From Candidatus Methylomirabilota bacterium (GTDB lineage: Bacteria; Methylomirabilota; Methylomirabilia; Rokubacteriales; CSP1-6): DNA of 25,869 nucleotides. Position 1 is the first letter of the stretch. Every line of letters begins with the position of its first letter. A model generated the notes under the pieces. It searched no databases and was not told the origin of the DNA. It saw nothing but the letters and a program-made list of their open reading frames with translations. Made by a program: the position numbers and the translations under genes. This document shows positions 24,830-25,869 of the stretch, one piece after another. The stretch covers positions 1 to 25,869 of the forward strand of contig DASUPA010000342.1 of assembly GCA_036276335.1 (NCBI GenBank), in the 5' to 3' direction.

Positions 24830-25869
24830 ACAGGGCCCTCGACCCGGATCATGGTGGTCGGCGTGGCGACGTCGGCCATCCGGTCGATCGCGGAGAGCGC
24901 GGCGCGCATGTCCTTCTCGCGCGCCTCGTGCGTCATCATGACCACGGGGACGGCCTCGCGTGTGCCGCGCCCCTTCTGGATGACCTGGGCGATCGAGATG
25001 TTGTTGTCGCCGAGGATGCCCGCCACGCGCGACAGCACGCCGGGCTTGTCGTGCACCATGGCGCGGAGGTAGTAGCAGCACCGCACGGCGTCCATCGGGC
25101 GCAGCGGCAGGGCCGCCGGCCCGACCGACGGCAGCTCCAGCGCGAGCGCCGGAATGCCGTGCGCGATGTTGCGCGCGATCTCCAGCACGTCGGACCAGAC
25201 CGCCGAGGCCGTCGGGAGCTGGCCGGCGCCGCGACCGTAGAACATCAGGTCCCCGACCGCGTCGCCGGTGATGAACACGGCGTTGAAGACGCCCGACACG
25301 GCGGCCAGCGGGGAGGCGGCCGGGATCATCGTCGGATGCACGCGGACCTCGACCCCGCCGTCCACCGCCTTGGCGATCGCGAGCAGCTTGATGCGATAGC
25401 CGAGCTCGCGCGCGTAGGCGATGTCCGCGCTCGTCACGCGGGTGATGCCCTCCGTGTGGATGTCCTTCAGGTCCACGAAGGTCCGGAAGGCGAGCGACAC
25501 GAGGATCTGCAGCTTGTGCGCGGAGTCCATGCCCTCGATGTCGAGCGTCGGGTCGGACTCGGCGTAGCCGTGGGCCTGCGCCTCCTTCAGCACGACGGCG
25601 AAGTCGAGGCCCTCGTCCGTCATCTTCGAGAGGATGTAGTTGCAGGTGCCGTTCACGATGCCGGCGAGGCCGAGGATCCGGTTGGCGGGCAGGCCGTCCC
25701 GCACCGCGCGGATGAGCGGGATGCCGCCGGCCACGGCCGCCTCGAAGGCGAGCGTGACCCCGCGGCGGCGCGCCTCCTCGTACAGCTCGGCGCCGTGATG
25801 CGCCAGGAGCGCCTTGTTGGCGGTGACCACGTGCTTGCCGGCGGCCAGCGCCTTGAGGATGAACGTCCG
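24826..25869 (-). CDS. hom: Homoserine dehydrogenase with C-terminal ACT domain, 5'-truncated by the window edge
   Basis: GKHVVTANKAL, FEAAVAGGIP, GIVNGTCNYIL, GYAESDPTLDIEG.D..HKL, GRGAG..PTASAV and ACT DKPGVLSRVA. Confidence 0.95.
   Translation of the reverse strand, partial: RTFILKALAAGKHVVTANKALLAHHGAELYEEARRRGVTLAFEAAVAGGIPLIRAVRDGLPANRILGLAGIVNGTCNYILSKMTDEGLDFAVVLKEAQAHGYAESDPTLDIEGMDSAHKLQILVSLAFRTFVDLKDIHTEGITRVTSADIAYARELGYRIKLLAIAKAVDGGVEVRVHPTMIPAASPLAAVSGVFNAVFITGDAVGDLMFYGRGAGQLPTASAVWSDVLEIARNIAHGIPALALELPSVGPAALPLRPMDAVRCCYYLRAMVHDKPGVLSRVAGILGDNNISIAQVIQKGRGTREAVPVVMMTHEAREKDMRAALSAIDRMADVATPTTMIRVEGPV

Noticed and set aside
1-25869. CRISPR arrays, tRNA/rRNA genes, IS elements, prophage or defence genes
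   Set aside because: I saw no regularly spaced repeats, tRNA-like arms, transposase/integrase motifs or compositional island. Nearly all of the window is accounted for by tightly packed housekeeping genes.

Overview
This is a very GC-rich (visually >70%) chromosomal window from a diderm, LPS-producing bacterium; the style would fit a soil lineage such as Ca. Rokubacteria/Methylomirabilota, but that is unverified inference. It is mostly housekeeping. On the + strand are the tail of a surface-polysaccharide operon (WcaJ-type phosphoglycosyltransferase, O-antigen ligase family protein, kdsC) and one stand-alone rpoA. On the - strand are hom-thrC-[membrane protein]-lysC-[Zn dehydrogenase], a PAS-GAF-GAF sensor, comEA-comEC, dapL, mltG, and plsC-argH-[FN3 lipoprotein]-lysA-dapA-dapB-[FAH]-folB-folK-[ECF sigma]-[anti-sigma]. 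I recognised no rRNA, tRNA, CRISPR array or mobile element. The strongest leads are: (1) an orphan rpoA outside the rpsM-rpsK-rpsD-rpoA-rplQ operon, with its own promoter, a conserved alpha-CTD and altered assembly motifs, suggesting a second specialised RNA polymerase alpha subunit; (2) a catalytically dead histidine-kinase-like sensor preceded by a near-consensus sigma54 promoter and an NtrC-type enhancer palindrome, directly upstream of comEA-comEC; (3) two mini-ORFs that bridge gene pairs through 4-nt stop/start overlaps at both ends; (4) an LptM-like lipoprotein motif fused to three FN3 domains; (5) promoters placed so that several mRNAs would be nearly leaderless. All functional calls come from motif recognition by eye; no searches were run.
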